A stretch of 64,000 nucleotides of DNA. It comes from Podarcis vaucheri. Lineage: Eukaryota. Within the stretch, counting starts at the first letter, position 1. Each line of letters starts with the position of its first letter. The stretch lies in the NCBI GenBank assembly GCA_965113315.1, contig OZ220372.1; one strand, 5' to 3'. The translations under genes were made by a program, and so were the position numbers. Shown in pieces: positions 49,501 to 60,248 of the stretch. A model generated the notes under the pieces. It worked only from the letters and a program-made list of their open reading frames with translations, made no database searches and was not told the origin of the DNA.

Positions 49501-52336
49501 CCCATAACGCTGTTTCATAGATTGTGGGTACAGTAAGCCTTGGAAAATATATGTTAGCAGAGAAGCTTATCCAACAGGTACGTGCCATTAATATGAGAAT
49601 TCCCCTAAAAAGTACATTTCACAGTTGAAAAAAACAATGGTGTGCAGGAATTATGAAGATTGGGGCTAAGGTAAAGGTTGGTACTTAATGGGGTCAGCAT
49701 TGCAATTTACAGTTTTTGGTGTCAGAAATAAGGGAATGAAAAAGAATCTTCTGTTGTCTTTGTAACAAGAAAAGAAACAATATTATCTTGCTGTTGAACT
49801 GTTTGTTGCTTGTTGATATGGGGTGGGGTGGGTATGGAGTTGTTCTACTCCAAGTAGACTCATTGAAATTAACGGAATAATATCAGCAATGTCTATGAAT
49901 TTCAATGGGCCTATTGTTTTGTGTGACATACTTAGTCTACTCTCATGAGGCATCCCAAACGAGCAGCTTTGGGGAGCTGTGTATGTTTGCACTCCTTCTT
50001 GGAGACACGACACATGAGTTGACAGTAGCCATGGGTCTATCTTTGGGTAATGACGGTGATCAACAAGCCCATGAAAAGATCTCCCAGGCCTTTAAGATGA
50101 TGATTATGAGTGGAAATGTACATGATGGCAGCCAACCACCGTCTTCCAACCTAGTAAGATGGGATGGTTTCAAATGGAGGCCCTAGAAGGCCTAGATTCT
50201 TCTAGCAACCCCAGTCCCAAACTACTTTTCTCCTGGTCTTTGAATGTTGGGGTCAGGTCGGGAGGGAAGGATGTCACAGTGGGAAGTGATGAGCAGATGA
50301 AGGTTCAACATGCTGCCTATCATTAGGATTCTGTTTTTTCAAGTGTTTGGTGGTGACCTGAGGACCAAACTACAGATAACACTAAAACTCATAGTTTGTC
50401 CCAGCTTGTTTTCAATTGATAAATGGTAACTGGGGGGGACCCATTGCAGCGTGATTTTGGTGGTGGTGACAGGATCATCCTTTTACCTTCAGACACCATG
50501 GTCTATTTCTGAAGCTGTTATTTGCATCCACGGCAAAGCTACACTTGCTTCTATGGCAGCTTGACTTCTGGGTTCAGTAGCAGATTTAGAGGGGGTTTTT
50601 TGGTTGGGGGAACCATGAAGGAAGGGTTTTTAAACTTTCTATCACAGGCCCGATCCTGTTTAACCCTCTCAATCCTGACAGTTGCTATTTAACGTCGTTT
50701 TAAAGCAAAATAAAAGAAACACACAAGGCCAACCTATTCAGTGTAGTGTGCAGTTTGGCTCTGAGTTTGCAGAAGCAAGCCTTCTGCCATCATGCATAGT
50801 CCTAGACAAGGTTGCGGGAATGGAAATGCCTGAGAGCAGACAGGCGAAACTTTAGAGTTTATAGGAAGCTGAGACTGATTGATGTGGGGGAAAGCTGGAA
50901 AAGAGTAAAGTAACATTCCGAAAGTGTTAATAAAGTTGTTAGGGTCCGTTGTGTTGCATACTATCTAAAGCCAGGAGAATGGCAAAGAGAAATGCAGCCA
51001 GCTCTATGAATATGTATACTAAACATGACACACATACTAAGTAGAATCACAACAGACCACTTGATTGTATTATTTTGTGTAAATTTTGCCTCTCCCTCAG
51101 TTTTTGGTGTTAGGTCATCTGACTGGAAATTCAAGACTCATTAGATTGTAAATTCTCCAAGGCGGGCACTGTGACTTTCATTTGTCTGTGAGACACTTAT
51201 TTTAATAATACAAAAGTCTAAGTAATGCCTCTGAAGTTAACAATGTTTCCCCTGTAAGTTATTTCTCATTCTGCAACATGTTGCTCCCTAATCCAGTGAA
51301 TTTGTATAGGCCACTGAGCTCTGATCTGGACCCAGTTTCCCAGACTAAGGTGGGCTTCCCCATTGATTCCAGTGGGTGATGAAGACCTATATGTATATAT
51401 TTTTTAATGTGAGCAGATCAACTGTTTTGATTGGAATGACTGCCCCCCGCATAAAACGGGGGGCGCCCTTTGCGTGGACGTGCACAGCCCCTGGATCTGG
51501 AGCGGCTCCATCAGCATAGGCTTGGCTTTGCCTTCCCCCAGGTGGGATACCTGGAGGTCTCCGCCTACCTCAGTCAGTTGTCCAATCCTGCCTGGGGGAA
51601 GCGTTGCCAAGGAGACCAGGCCAGGTAGGGGAGGGACTACCTGCCCACACATTAGAGGGAGGATCTTACTTGGCACATGCCACCTGAGAGCTGCATCCAC
51701 ATCTGGACTGCGATCTGCAGTCCACAGTCAATTTGTTTGGAGTTGTCATATAAGAATAGTAAAATACCAAAGAATGTAGGCTGTGGAATTTGTCTTCAAG
51801 TGTATACTAAGACTGTGGGAAGTTTGATCATGTACATGTGCTGGGGCAGGGGGTTGCTGTAGAAAATGGCAAACCTTTGTCAAGTTCCCCATTCTTTCTC
51901 CTCTAGTTATGGAAATATGGAATACCATCATGATCTTCATTTCTCCTTACTTCCTCCATATCATTGACTTTTGTGGGGAGATGCAAGAAAGCTAATGATG
52001 TGGAACTCCTCGTGGAGTTCACATTCTTGGCAGTAACCTCACATTCATTGTCACTTTTAGTTTTGCCCTAAGTCTCACCGAAGTTCCCTGGGTGCACATT
52101 AATGTGCATCCAAGTGGCAGTTTCCATTAGGGCTGAAATGATGGGATCAGAAGGGTGTCAAAGGGATCAAATAGCATAGGGTTTTGGAGCTAAGATTCTC
52201 TTTGGGATTGGCTATCCATTCAACACTTTCTAGATCTTGGCCTAACATTCAGACCAACAATCAGGGGTTCATATTTGATTTCACAGCTAGGAAAAAAAGT
52301 CAAGATGAAAAGGGAAAAGATTAGAAGAAATGTGAA

Positions 52337-52345
52337 AGAGAGGGA

Positions 52346-52386
<41 letters not shown>

Positions 52387-52402
52387 AGAGAAAGAGAGAG
52401 AG
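52337..52402. repeat. (GA)n / (GAAAA)n purine-rich microsatellite
   Basis: Direct reading. Confidence 0.9.
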
Positions 52403-54250
52403 TGCACACTATTGTTACAGTTCAAGTAGAGTTATGTTAAGGCTGACCTACACAATTTGCGGTATACCAGTTTGGTGCAGAGTGCATTCACAACCCAACA
52501 ATGTGATTGACACTGCAGGTAGGCGATACTTGGAGCGATTAGCATCTGAAGTGTCAGAAGAGATGTCAGCAGTGACTTATCCTTTGTTACATCTCTACAA
52601 GCTTATGTTGACCCATAGCAGCACTGGAGAAGAAGCTGTAGATGCAGTTAAAGGGGTAACAATAGGAAATCCAACAACAACAACAACAAAATACAGCATG
52701 CCATTCCCTTCAGGGGTTGACTAGTACAATGGCAAACAAATATTATAATGGTGTCTGTGATGCTACAGATAACTGAGAAGTGAACAGCTCTGAGCAAAGT
52801 TATATAGCTTTTGTTTATTGTCCAATGACGGGGGAAATGAGGTAGCAAGTTACAACAAAGATGCCAGATAGAAGAGCTTAAAAGAACAGCAGAAAGAGAG
52901 AGAAGAGAGTTATTTAGAATGATAACTTAGAAGGAGTTTAATTAGAGAAGCAGCGAGAACAAGCACTTTTAACACAAGCATAGGATGTTGCAATGCAGTT
53001 TCCTCATGCCACATTGTCAAGCTGTGACCTGACAGTAACCCAGAGGAGTGTGGAAGGAACTTTGGCAGTGGCTGCCTGTGTCCTTGTGAGTGTGACTGTG
53101 TCCTCCTGCTTGAAGGAGAGAGGCAGAGTGTCTGGCCGACGGGAATGTCTAGGGTGAAGGGTCAGATAATAGCAGACTGCGCAAATCATGAGGAAGGGTG
53201 CATGCCGTGATAGGGGAGGCGGAGAAAATGTTTTCACCAGACACCTTGTTCAGTACAGCTGATATTTTAATGCTTGCTTGGCAGAGAAGTCAGCAATGAG
53301 CACAGAACTGACCAGATCCAAGAAAACAAAGTCCGGTGTGTGTGTTCATCATAAACACAATTGCTTGGGACTAGAATGTCATGTTGGAGAACCTCCACCC
53401 ACCCCCGACCCTGGCTTTTACCTGATTGCTTAAGGAAGAATGATGATCAAAATATTATTTATATTACGAATATTATAATAAAAGTAGTGTGGAAGAACAG
53501 TAAGATCCGTTTGAAACTATGTGTTGTTGTTTTTTTAAAAAAGAGAAATGGACAACCTTTAAAATATACCCAAAGGGAGCAATTCTAACCTACCTTACCT
53601 GGGAGCAAGCCCCATTGAATTCCATATGATTTACTTCTGAGTAGAGATGGGAAACCCAAGTGTCTATTAGTATATGGTATGATGGCAGATCACTAAAGAA
53701 CAAGTTCCATCCCCCCCCCGTCTTCTACCCCACCCTTTTTATTGCTCTTCACATGATTGACTTAACCTCAATATAGTTCAAACCTTTAGTAGTTTGGAAT
53801 AAAATTATTTGTTCTGGATTTGGTGATATGGGAGGGAGCTTTATGTTGTAGGTATGAAATAAACAATAAAAGTTTATTTTATTTTTTCAAGAACAGCAGC
53901 TAGAACCTTAGAGCAAATATTTGCAAAGAGGGAGTTTACCAGAGGCAGGTCTCAAATACAGCCAATGCAATCATGCAAATAAATCTACACAGTTTACTAG
54001 TGCACCAAAACTTTTTCAAAAAATTAGTTATTACTGAAATAAAAGCCTGTTGCACATGTATACTTCTCTTATAGCCCAATCCATATATATTTAGTCACTG
54101 AGTTAAATGGCACTTACTCCCAGGTAATAGGATTGCCTCCTTAGTTTCCTGTGGTGCAACAATAGTCTAATCAAAAGAAACCAACTCTCTTCCAGTTTAC
54201 AAAATCTTTCCTTCCTATTCACCTGGAATCAAGTTTTTCTTACCATAGGA

Positions 54251-54385
54251 CAGGCCTAGGCAAACTCAGCCCTCCAGATGTTTTGGGACTACAACTCCCA
54301 TCATCCTTGACCACTGTTCCTGTTAGCTAGGGATGATGGCGTTTGTAGTCCCAAAACATCTGGAGGGCCGAGTTTGCTATGCCTG
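54251..54385. mobile_element. Palindromic hAT-type MITE
   Basis: CAGGC..GCAAACTC / GAGTTTGC..GCCTG; 8-bp TSD CCATAGGA (54243-54250, 54386-54393). Confidence 0.93.
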
Positions 54386-55426
54386 CCATAGGAGATGTGG
54401 CAAATGCCATGTAGGGTAACTTGATTGTTTTGTTTCAAAAGGATTTAGACTAAGCTTTAGGATCACCTGATGCTGCCATGTTTGGCAGTGGAACAGATCT
54501 TGCAGGTCCAAAGAGGCGTCTTCCTCCAACTGTGACTAGTGGCCACAGGAGGCATTTCATCTTCACCAGGGTACACGTCTGCATATTAGAATGCAGTCCC
54601 TTTAACTACCTAGTAGGCTTCCTCCATGATGGCAAAGGCACACCCATGTCTCTCTCTGCAGGAATATCTAAAACTTCAGAAGGCTGTAGACCAGTGCTGG
54701 AGCAACACTCCTCGTTTCCTTCTGAGTCTAGCACCCAGCCCAATCCTCACTCTTGTTCTACAGAGAGCTCTCCATGGTCCTGACCCCTAGCTGTCTGACC
54801 TTTGCCATGCCATACTATGTGCCTGATCACCCTTATATCTTCCGGCGAATTTTCTCAATTTGACAGGATGTATTATGCATGTTGTTTGTTAATTGTTCAA
54901 ATGAAGTACATTCGCTGTTGCGTTGTCATCTGCTCCGCCAAAAACAAGCGGAGGAAGTTGACCATTCGCCTATACCAGGATCTATTTCTACAGTAGCAAA
55001 ACATGTCCAGTGGAAATGTAACAAGCTTCTCTTGGCTCAGTTAACAAGCAAGGAGAGTTTCCAAGTGCATGAAGTCTTTGTTTTCCCCCAAGTCTTGAAT
55101 AACAGCCAGTGGAATACTAAAGCAAAACGCCTACCCTTAGCATGTAGAGTTTAGCCTTTGTCTAAAGGAAATGGAAAGTCACCTTTACCACCTGAATTAA
55201 GATTCAGTTGCTGTCCTGTGCATACATACATGTATCTGTTGATTTGCATGTTTTTCTTTGATTTCCATAAGGCTTATAGCACCATCTTAAGCATGTTCTT
55301 TTTCCTTTCAGAAGTAAACATGAATCCCACTGAATTTTAAGGATTTTACTCTCAGGTAGGCATGCATAGAAGTGTAGCCTTACACTCAGTTAAGTAGTAT
55401 AGGGTTGCAGCCTTAGAGTTCAGTTG

Positions 55427-55804
55427 TGTCCCATTAAACTTTAATTAGTTTAATGCTTATCAAATGTCCAGTGCGCTTCCGATGCCACAATGTCCCATTA
55501 CAGCAGAGCATTTCGCACAGCGGCTCAAGAAGGGCTGGAGAGTCAGCATCTTTTCAATAAAGGAATCTTGGAGCAAGCGGTTTGGAACTCAAATAAAAGG
55601 TTTATTTACACAAAACAAAAACCCTGGTGAAGAATCACACATTTCAGCAAACACGCCCCAAAAGAAAAAGGGGGAAGGGAAGGGGCAGGCACACGAGTGA
55701 GTTGACTATTTATACAAACTCACATTCCTGGAAGCCTAACGACCTCCAGCTGCTCAGTGATTAGAGCGTCTTGATTAGAGCTTCTTAACCCTTTAATACC
55801 AACA
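55427..55804 (-). repeat. 3' LTR of the copia element (378 bp)
   Basis: No difference from the 5' LTR found by visual comparison; both give the same 78-aa antisense ORF. Preceded by the PPT. Confidence 0.96.
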
Positions 55805-55816
55805 CCCCCTCTCGCT
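55805..55816 (-). other. Polypurine tract
   Basis: Minus strand AGCGAGAGGGGG immediately before the TG of the 3' LTR. Confidence 0.85.
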
Positions 55817-55839
55817 CGTAACACTGAGCTGTACCAACC

Positions 55840-58800
55840 TTAATTCAAATTTAAACCTGAGCAGAAACATTTATGAGATTGCGGACTCAAAGCTTTTGTA
55901 AAACCGTCTGCGAGATTTTCTTGGCTTGGACAATACTTTAGTTCAATTAAACCATGTTTTACACTTTGGCATACATTTTGATAACGGATATCCAAATGTT
56001 TTGTGTGTGCCTTGAATTGACCTGATTTAGCTAGTTTAATACAAGGTTGATTGTCTTCCCACACTCTGATAGGTAGGGAACATTCTCCAAACAATTCTTG
56101 TACCAGTTGCTTATAAAATTCCAGTTCTCTACATACATCTGATAATGCATTGAACTCAGATTCAGTTGAACTTAAAGCTATAAGTGATTGTTTTCTTGAT
56201 CTCCAACCAATTAGTGCATTTCCAAATTTTATCGCCATTCCTGACACTGATTTTCTATCTGGTCCAGCATCAGCCCAACTGCTGTCAGCCCAACATTCAA
56301 GTTGTGTGCTGCCCGCTGCTGATAGTTTTAAGCAAAACCTTTTGGTAGTTTGGAGATACCTTAAAACTCTTTTTACTCCTTGCCAAGCATGCATTGATGG
56401 TTTTTCAGCTTGTCTACACAGCATGTTGACAGCATATGTTATATCGGGCCGAGTCCACTGTGCAATGTGGAGTAGACTGCCTATCGCTGACTGGTAAACC
56501 CCGGGATTACAGAACGCTGCCTGTTGCTCAGTTTGAGCATCCTTTGTGTAACTTAACTCCATTGGGGTTTTAACACCAGCACAGTTGTCCATTTTAAACC
56601 TTTCCAGCAACTGCTGGATCTTAGCTTCTTGGCTGAGCCAATAGTTCCCATCTTCATCTTGCTGTATTTTAACTCCTAGATAAACAGATACATTGCCTAG
56701 TGATTTTATCTGAAACCTTTCTCCAAGCTTTGTGGCAAATTGTTGTGCAAGTTTATCGTCCTTTCCACTGTATAATAAATCGTCAACAAATATCAAGACT
56801 GCTTCTTGTTCACATCCCAAGCCTTTTAGATAAAGACACGCATCTGCTGCGCTCTTTCTGAACCCCATGCTCTCTAGAGCATCGTTTAAGCAGGAATTCC
56901 AATTACGGGCAGACTGTTTCAACCCATAAATGGATTTGTGTAGGCGCCAGACCTGGTTTGGCTTGTCTCCTTCAAAACCTGGTGGTGGCGTCATATAGAC
57001 TTCCTCCTGTAAGTCTGCATTTAAATAAGCCACATTGACATCAAAATGAAACAGCTTATTTCCCTTCTTAGCTGAAGAGGCTAAAAGCATTCTTAATGAC
57101 TCCGATCTTGAAGTAGGGGCATAAATTTGAGAATAGTGAACTCCTTTGCGCTGCGAAAAACCTTTTGCAACTAGTCGAGCTTTATATTGCAACTCCTCAG
57201 TAGTTGTGGGCTTTAAACGATATACCCATCGACAACCTACAGCTTGTTGCCCTTCTGGAAGCTCTGTACTTGTAAACACACCGAGAGACTTCATTGAAGC
57301 CATCTCTTTTTCCATTGCTTCCTGCCACTTTGCGGCTTCTGAGCTTGGAAGCTGTTGTACCTCTACATAGCTATCTGGCTCACACTGTGCCATATTTACG
57401 TATACACTTGTCACCTTAAACCGCTCTGGCGGCTTGCCCTTTGTGGCACGTTTTGACCTGCGCAATTGCTCCTCTTGTGCCCCCTCTGACCGTTGGCTGT
57501 CAGAATCTGTCTCAGACTTTATGTCTGGACGTGCCTCTAGGGATAAAGACCTCCGTTTAGATACCTCCCTTGGGCTTGGTGTTGCAGGCGACCTGCTTCG
57601 CTTTTGCTGTCTGCTAGGCCTAACGACTGGCGATGTTGGAACACTCCTAGATTCTGGCTTTTCTACCTTAGGAGAAGAACCTTGTGCCTGGTCAGAATCT
57701 GCATCTGGACCATGTGCACCATCCCCTTCTGGCTCAACACCCTCTGGACTTTCATTCTCAGCATAAATGCCTAAATCATCTCTCAAAATGTCAGGGTTAG
57801 CATGTAAGTGAGTCCATCCGGATTGCTCACAAAATTCAGCGCTCCTACTGAGGACCACTCTTGTAGTATCCCCATCTGGGTTCACAAACCTCCAAGATTT
57901 GGCATGTGGTTCGTACCCACAAAAGATGAGTTTCCTAGCCCTTGGACTTCCCTTTTTCCTTAACGCTTTTGGGATAAGTACATAGGCTTGAGATCCAAAC
58001 ACCCGAAAGTAATTAACTTTGGGCTTTTTCCCATATAAAGCAAAATATGGCGTAGTATCAATTACCGAATTATATACTCGGTTCAGAACATGAGTAGCCG
58101 TCTGCCAGGCTTCCGCCCAGTAACTTTGAGGAAGTTTAGCATCAAACAACATAGAGTTTGCCAACTCTTGCAGAACCCTGTTTTTACGTTCGGCCACGCC
58201 TCCTTCTTGGGGGGAATAAGGTGTAGACAGACGATGCTTAATTCCCTTTTTCTTAAAGAAATTCTGCAACACAGACCCGGTAAATTCTGACCCTCTGTCT
58301 GTCTGAAAAGCAAGAACTCTAGTACCGAATTCAAGTTCTACTGCATGAACCCAATTTTTAACTGTTTCTGCAGTATCTGCTTTTGTTTTGAGAGGAAAAA
58401 ACCATGTAACCTTTGTTTTGTCATCTGAAAGACACAGTGCATACCTCGAACCTCCCATGCTAGCAACAGGCATTGGGCCACATAGGTCCATATGCACAAG
58501 TTGGAATACCTTGTCAGATTTCCTATTTGAACTGGGATAGCTGCATCTATGAACCTTCGCCCTTTTGCATGCAGTACAATCCAAATACTTAGTACATTTG
58601 TTCAATTTGCACCCTTCTGATAATTCAGGTTGTCTTTTAACATACTGAAAATTAATATGTCCCAAACGGCGATGCCATAAATGAACACAAGAATTATGGG
58701 TAGGCAAGTTCACACAACCAGCATGAACCTGTTCAACTTCATCTGGACTTGTCTCAAAATAATATAACCCATTTCTGCATTCCACCTGCAAAAGAGATAC

Positions 58801-59985
58801 ATTATTCTTTGAAATAGTGCAAACCCCATTTTCAAACACAGTTTTAAACCCATTTCTATCAAGTTCTGACACAGACAAAATACACCCCTTCATTCCCTTT
58901 AGCACGTAGGCATCAATTTCTGTTTGCAAACACTTCAAAAACACTGTGCCTACGGTCTCTAAGGAACGTTTAGTTGAATCTGCCATTGTCACAACTTTAA
59001 GGGTTTGCAAATGTCTGCAATTCTGCAAACGGACACTAGATGGCGCCACCAGGTGGTGAGATGCACCACTGTCGATCAACCAGCGTAGATTGCTGCCTTG
59101 GCCACGCCCTTGCATCAACGCCATTGCTGAAGCCATGTGCTGTGTGCTGTGGGAGTAGCCATGACCTCCTCCTCTTCTTCGACGTCCCCTGGAACTCCTT
59201 GTCTGGTAACTAGGGGCAACGGCCTTGGTGCTGTCTTGACCAGGTTCACGTGTACAATTCCTGATTAAATGGGAAGAGGAACCACAGCGAAAACAGTGTC
59301 TAGCTGCAAAAGCATTTACTGTGTTCTCAAACTCAGCATCCCCACTCTTAGGCACAGCATAACTCCCCTTTGAAGACAAACCTCTTTCTCTTTGCCTTTT
59401 ATCCTGTTCATCAGCAAGTCGAGAAGGAATGTATTCAAGGGTTAATTCAGATGAAGGCATAGCTTCCAAAGTTAAAGCTAGAGTCTCATAGCTTTTATCA
59501 AGAGAAGACAACAAAATGTATGACTGCTGCTCCATAGAGAAAGGAATGCCCAGCTGTCTTAGTTGATTAAAGGCTGACACCATTTTGGCAATATGTTCTT
59601 TCACACACGCTCCCGGTTGGAGACGTAAATCAAACAAACATCTTGTAGCATGGATCTTGGCCCCCGCAGTGTTTCTGGAATTTAACCGCTGTAGAACCGT
59701 CCAGACCTCATGCGTGTTCTTTAACTCAGAAACATAAGGCATTTGCTCTGGTCCCACTGCCAAAACTAGTAGACCTCGGGCTTTCCTGTCGCGTTTCTGA
59801 GAAGCTGCCGCTGCTGCTTTGTCTTCTGCAGACGCGTCTGCAGCTGCCTGTAAAGGCGGTGCTTCAGTACAACTCCACAACTCTTTTGCTTGCAACCAAA
59901 CCCTTACTCTAGCCTTCCAATCTTGCCAATTTTTCCCATTGAGTCGCGTAAAGGGGACAGTAAAACTTTCCTGGGACTCTGCCAT
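55840..59985 (-). CDS. Copia-type Gag-Pol polyprotein, 1381 aa, uninterrupted
   Basis: Gag N-terminus LNGKNWQDWK; zinc knuckle CFRCGSSSHLIRNC; aspartic protease WLIDSGASHH; integrase HHCC (LWHRRLGH...CTAC) and D,D35E (VHMDLCGP, QTDRGSEF, GVAERKNR); RT (YKARLVAKGFSQ, FDVNVAYLN, LHKSIYGLKQSARNW, FVDD); RNase H (WADSSWA, STESE, EDNQ, KHLDIRY, LADGFTK). Confidence 0.97.
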   Translation of the reverse strand: MAESQESFTVPFTRLNGKNWQDWKARVRVWLQAKELWSCTEAPPLQAAADASAEDKAAAAASQKRDRKARGLLVLAVGPEQMPYVSELKNTHEVWTVLQRLNSRNTAGAKIHATRCLFDLRLQPGACVKEHIAKMVSAFNQLRQLGIPFSMEQQSYILLSSLDKSYETLALTLEAMPSSELTLEYIPSRLADEQDKRQRERGLSSKGSYAVPKSGDAEFENTVNAFAARHCFRCGSSSHLIRNCTREPGQDSTKAVAPSYQTRSSRGRRRRGGGHGYSHSTQHMASAMALMQGRGQGSNLRWLIDSGASHHLVAPSSVRLQNCRHLQTLKVVTMADSTKRSLETVGTVFLKCLQTEIDAYVLKGMKGCILSVSELDRNGFKTVFENGVCTISKNNVSLLQVECRNGLYYFETSPDEVEQVHAGCVNLPTHNSCVHLWHRRLGHINFQYVKRQPELSEGCKLNKCTKYLDCTACKRAKVHRCSYPSSNRKSDKVFQLVHMDLCGPMPVASMGGSRYALCLSDDKTKVTWFFPLKTKADTAETVKNWVHAVELEFGTRVLAFQTDRGSEFTGSVLQNFFKKKGIKHRLSTPYSPQEGGVAERKNRVLQELANSMLFDAKLPQSYWAEAWQTATHVLNRVYNSVIDTTPYFALYGKKPKVNYFRVFGSQAYVLIPKALRKKGSPRARKLIFCGYEPHAKSWRFVNPDGDTTRVVLSRSAEFCEQSGWTHLHANPDILRDDLGIYAENESPEGVEPEGDGAHGPDADSDQAQGSSPKVEKPESRSVPTSPVVRPSRQQKRSRSPATPSPREVSKRRSLSLEARPDIKSETDSDSQRSEGAQEEQLRRSKRATKGKPPERFKVTSVYVNMAQCEPDSYVEVQQLPSSEAAKWQEAMEKEMASMKSLGVFTSTELPEGQQAVGCRWVYRLKPTTTEELQYKARLVAKGFSQRKGVHYSQIYAPTSRSESLRMLLASSAKKGNKLFHFDVNVAYLNADLQEEVYMTPPPGFEGDKPNQVWRLHKSIYGLKQSARNWNSCLNDALESMGFRKSAADACLYLKGLGCEQEAVLIFVDDLLYSGKDDKLAQQFATKLGERFQIKSLGNVSVYLGVKIQQDEDGNYWLSQEAKIQQLLERFKMDNCAGVKTPMELSYTKDAQTEQQAAFCNPGVYQSAIGSLLHIAQWTRPDITYAVNMLCRQAEKPSMHAWQGVKRVLRYLQTTKRFCLKLSAAGSTQLECWADSSWADAGPDRKSVSGMAIKFGNALIGWRSRKQSLIALSSTESEFNALSDVCRELEFYKQLVQELFGECSLPIRVWEDNQPCIKLAKSGQFKAHTKHLDIRYQNVCQSVKHGLIELKYCPSQENLADGFTKALSPQSHKCFCSGLNLN

Positions 59986-60240
59986 CCTCCCTGGGGCTTA
60001 GGAACGATACTCACAGACCTGTAGACCGTCTCCCAGCTGCTGAGGTGGCTCCACGAGGAATAAGACGTCTTCCAGCGAGTACAAACTGCGCAGTGCCTCT
60101 TTAAAACTTTTCCTAGGCACGTTGCAGGACTCAAGCTGCTTTGAAGGCTTTCGTTGTCGGCAACCGCTTCTGTCTTCACTCCAGTCCTTGCATAAATCAC
60201 TCTTAACTGCACTCCTTATCTCCTTCTTGACGTACAAACA

Positions 60241-60248
60241 CCATAACC
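60241..60248 (-). other. Primer-binding site, half-tRNA-iMet type, short (GGTTATGG)
   Basis: Abuts the 5' LTR. Complementary to CCAUAACC in the anticodon arm of initiator tRNA-Met, matching the first 8 nt of the Drosophila copia-type PBS GGTTATGGGCCCAG. Confidence 0.8.

Noticed and set aside
52275-52724. 149-aa ORF with ER repeats
   Set aside because: Reads through a (GA)n microsatellite; no homology evident.
55464-55700. 78-aa ORF duplicated at 60286-60522
   Set aside because: Antisense ORF inside the LTRs; the duplication is explained by the LTRs and no domain is recognisable.
55805-55840. env-like gene in the copia element
   Set aside because: Only 35 bp separate the pol stop from the 3' LTR.
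59904-60237. Extra ORFs in the copia leader as accessory genes
   Set aside because: Non-ATG starts, short, no motifs; only a 13-codon ATG uORF begins in the PBS.
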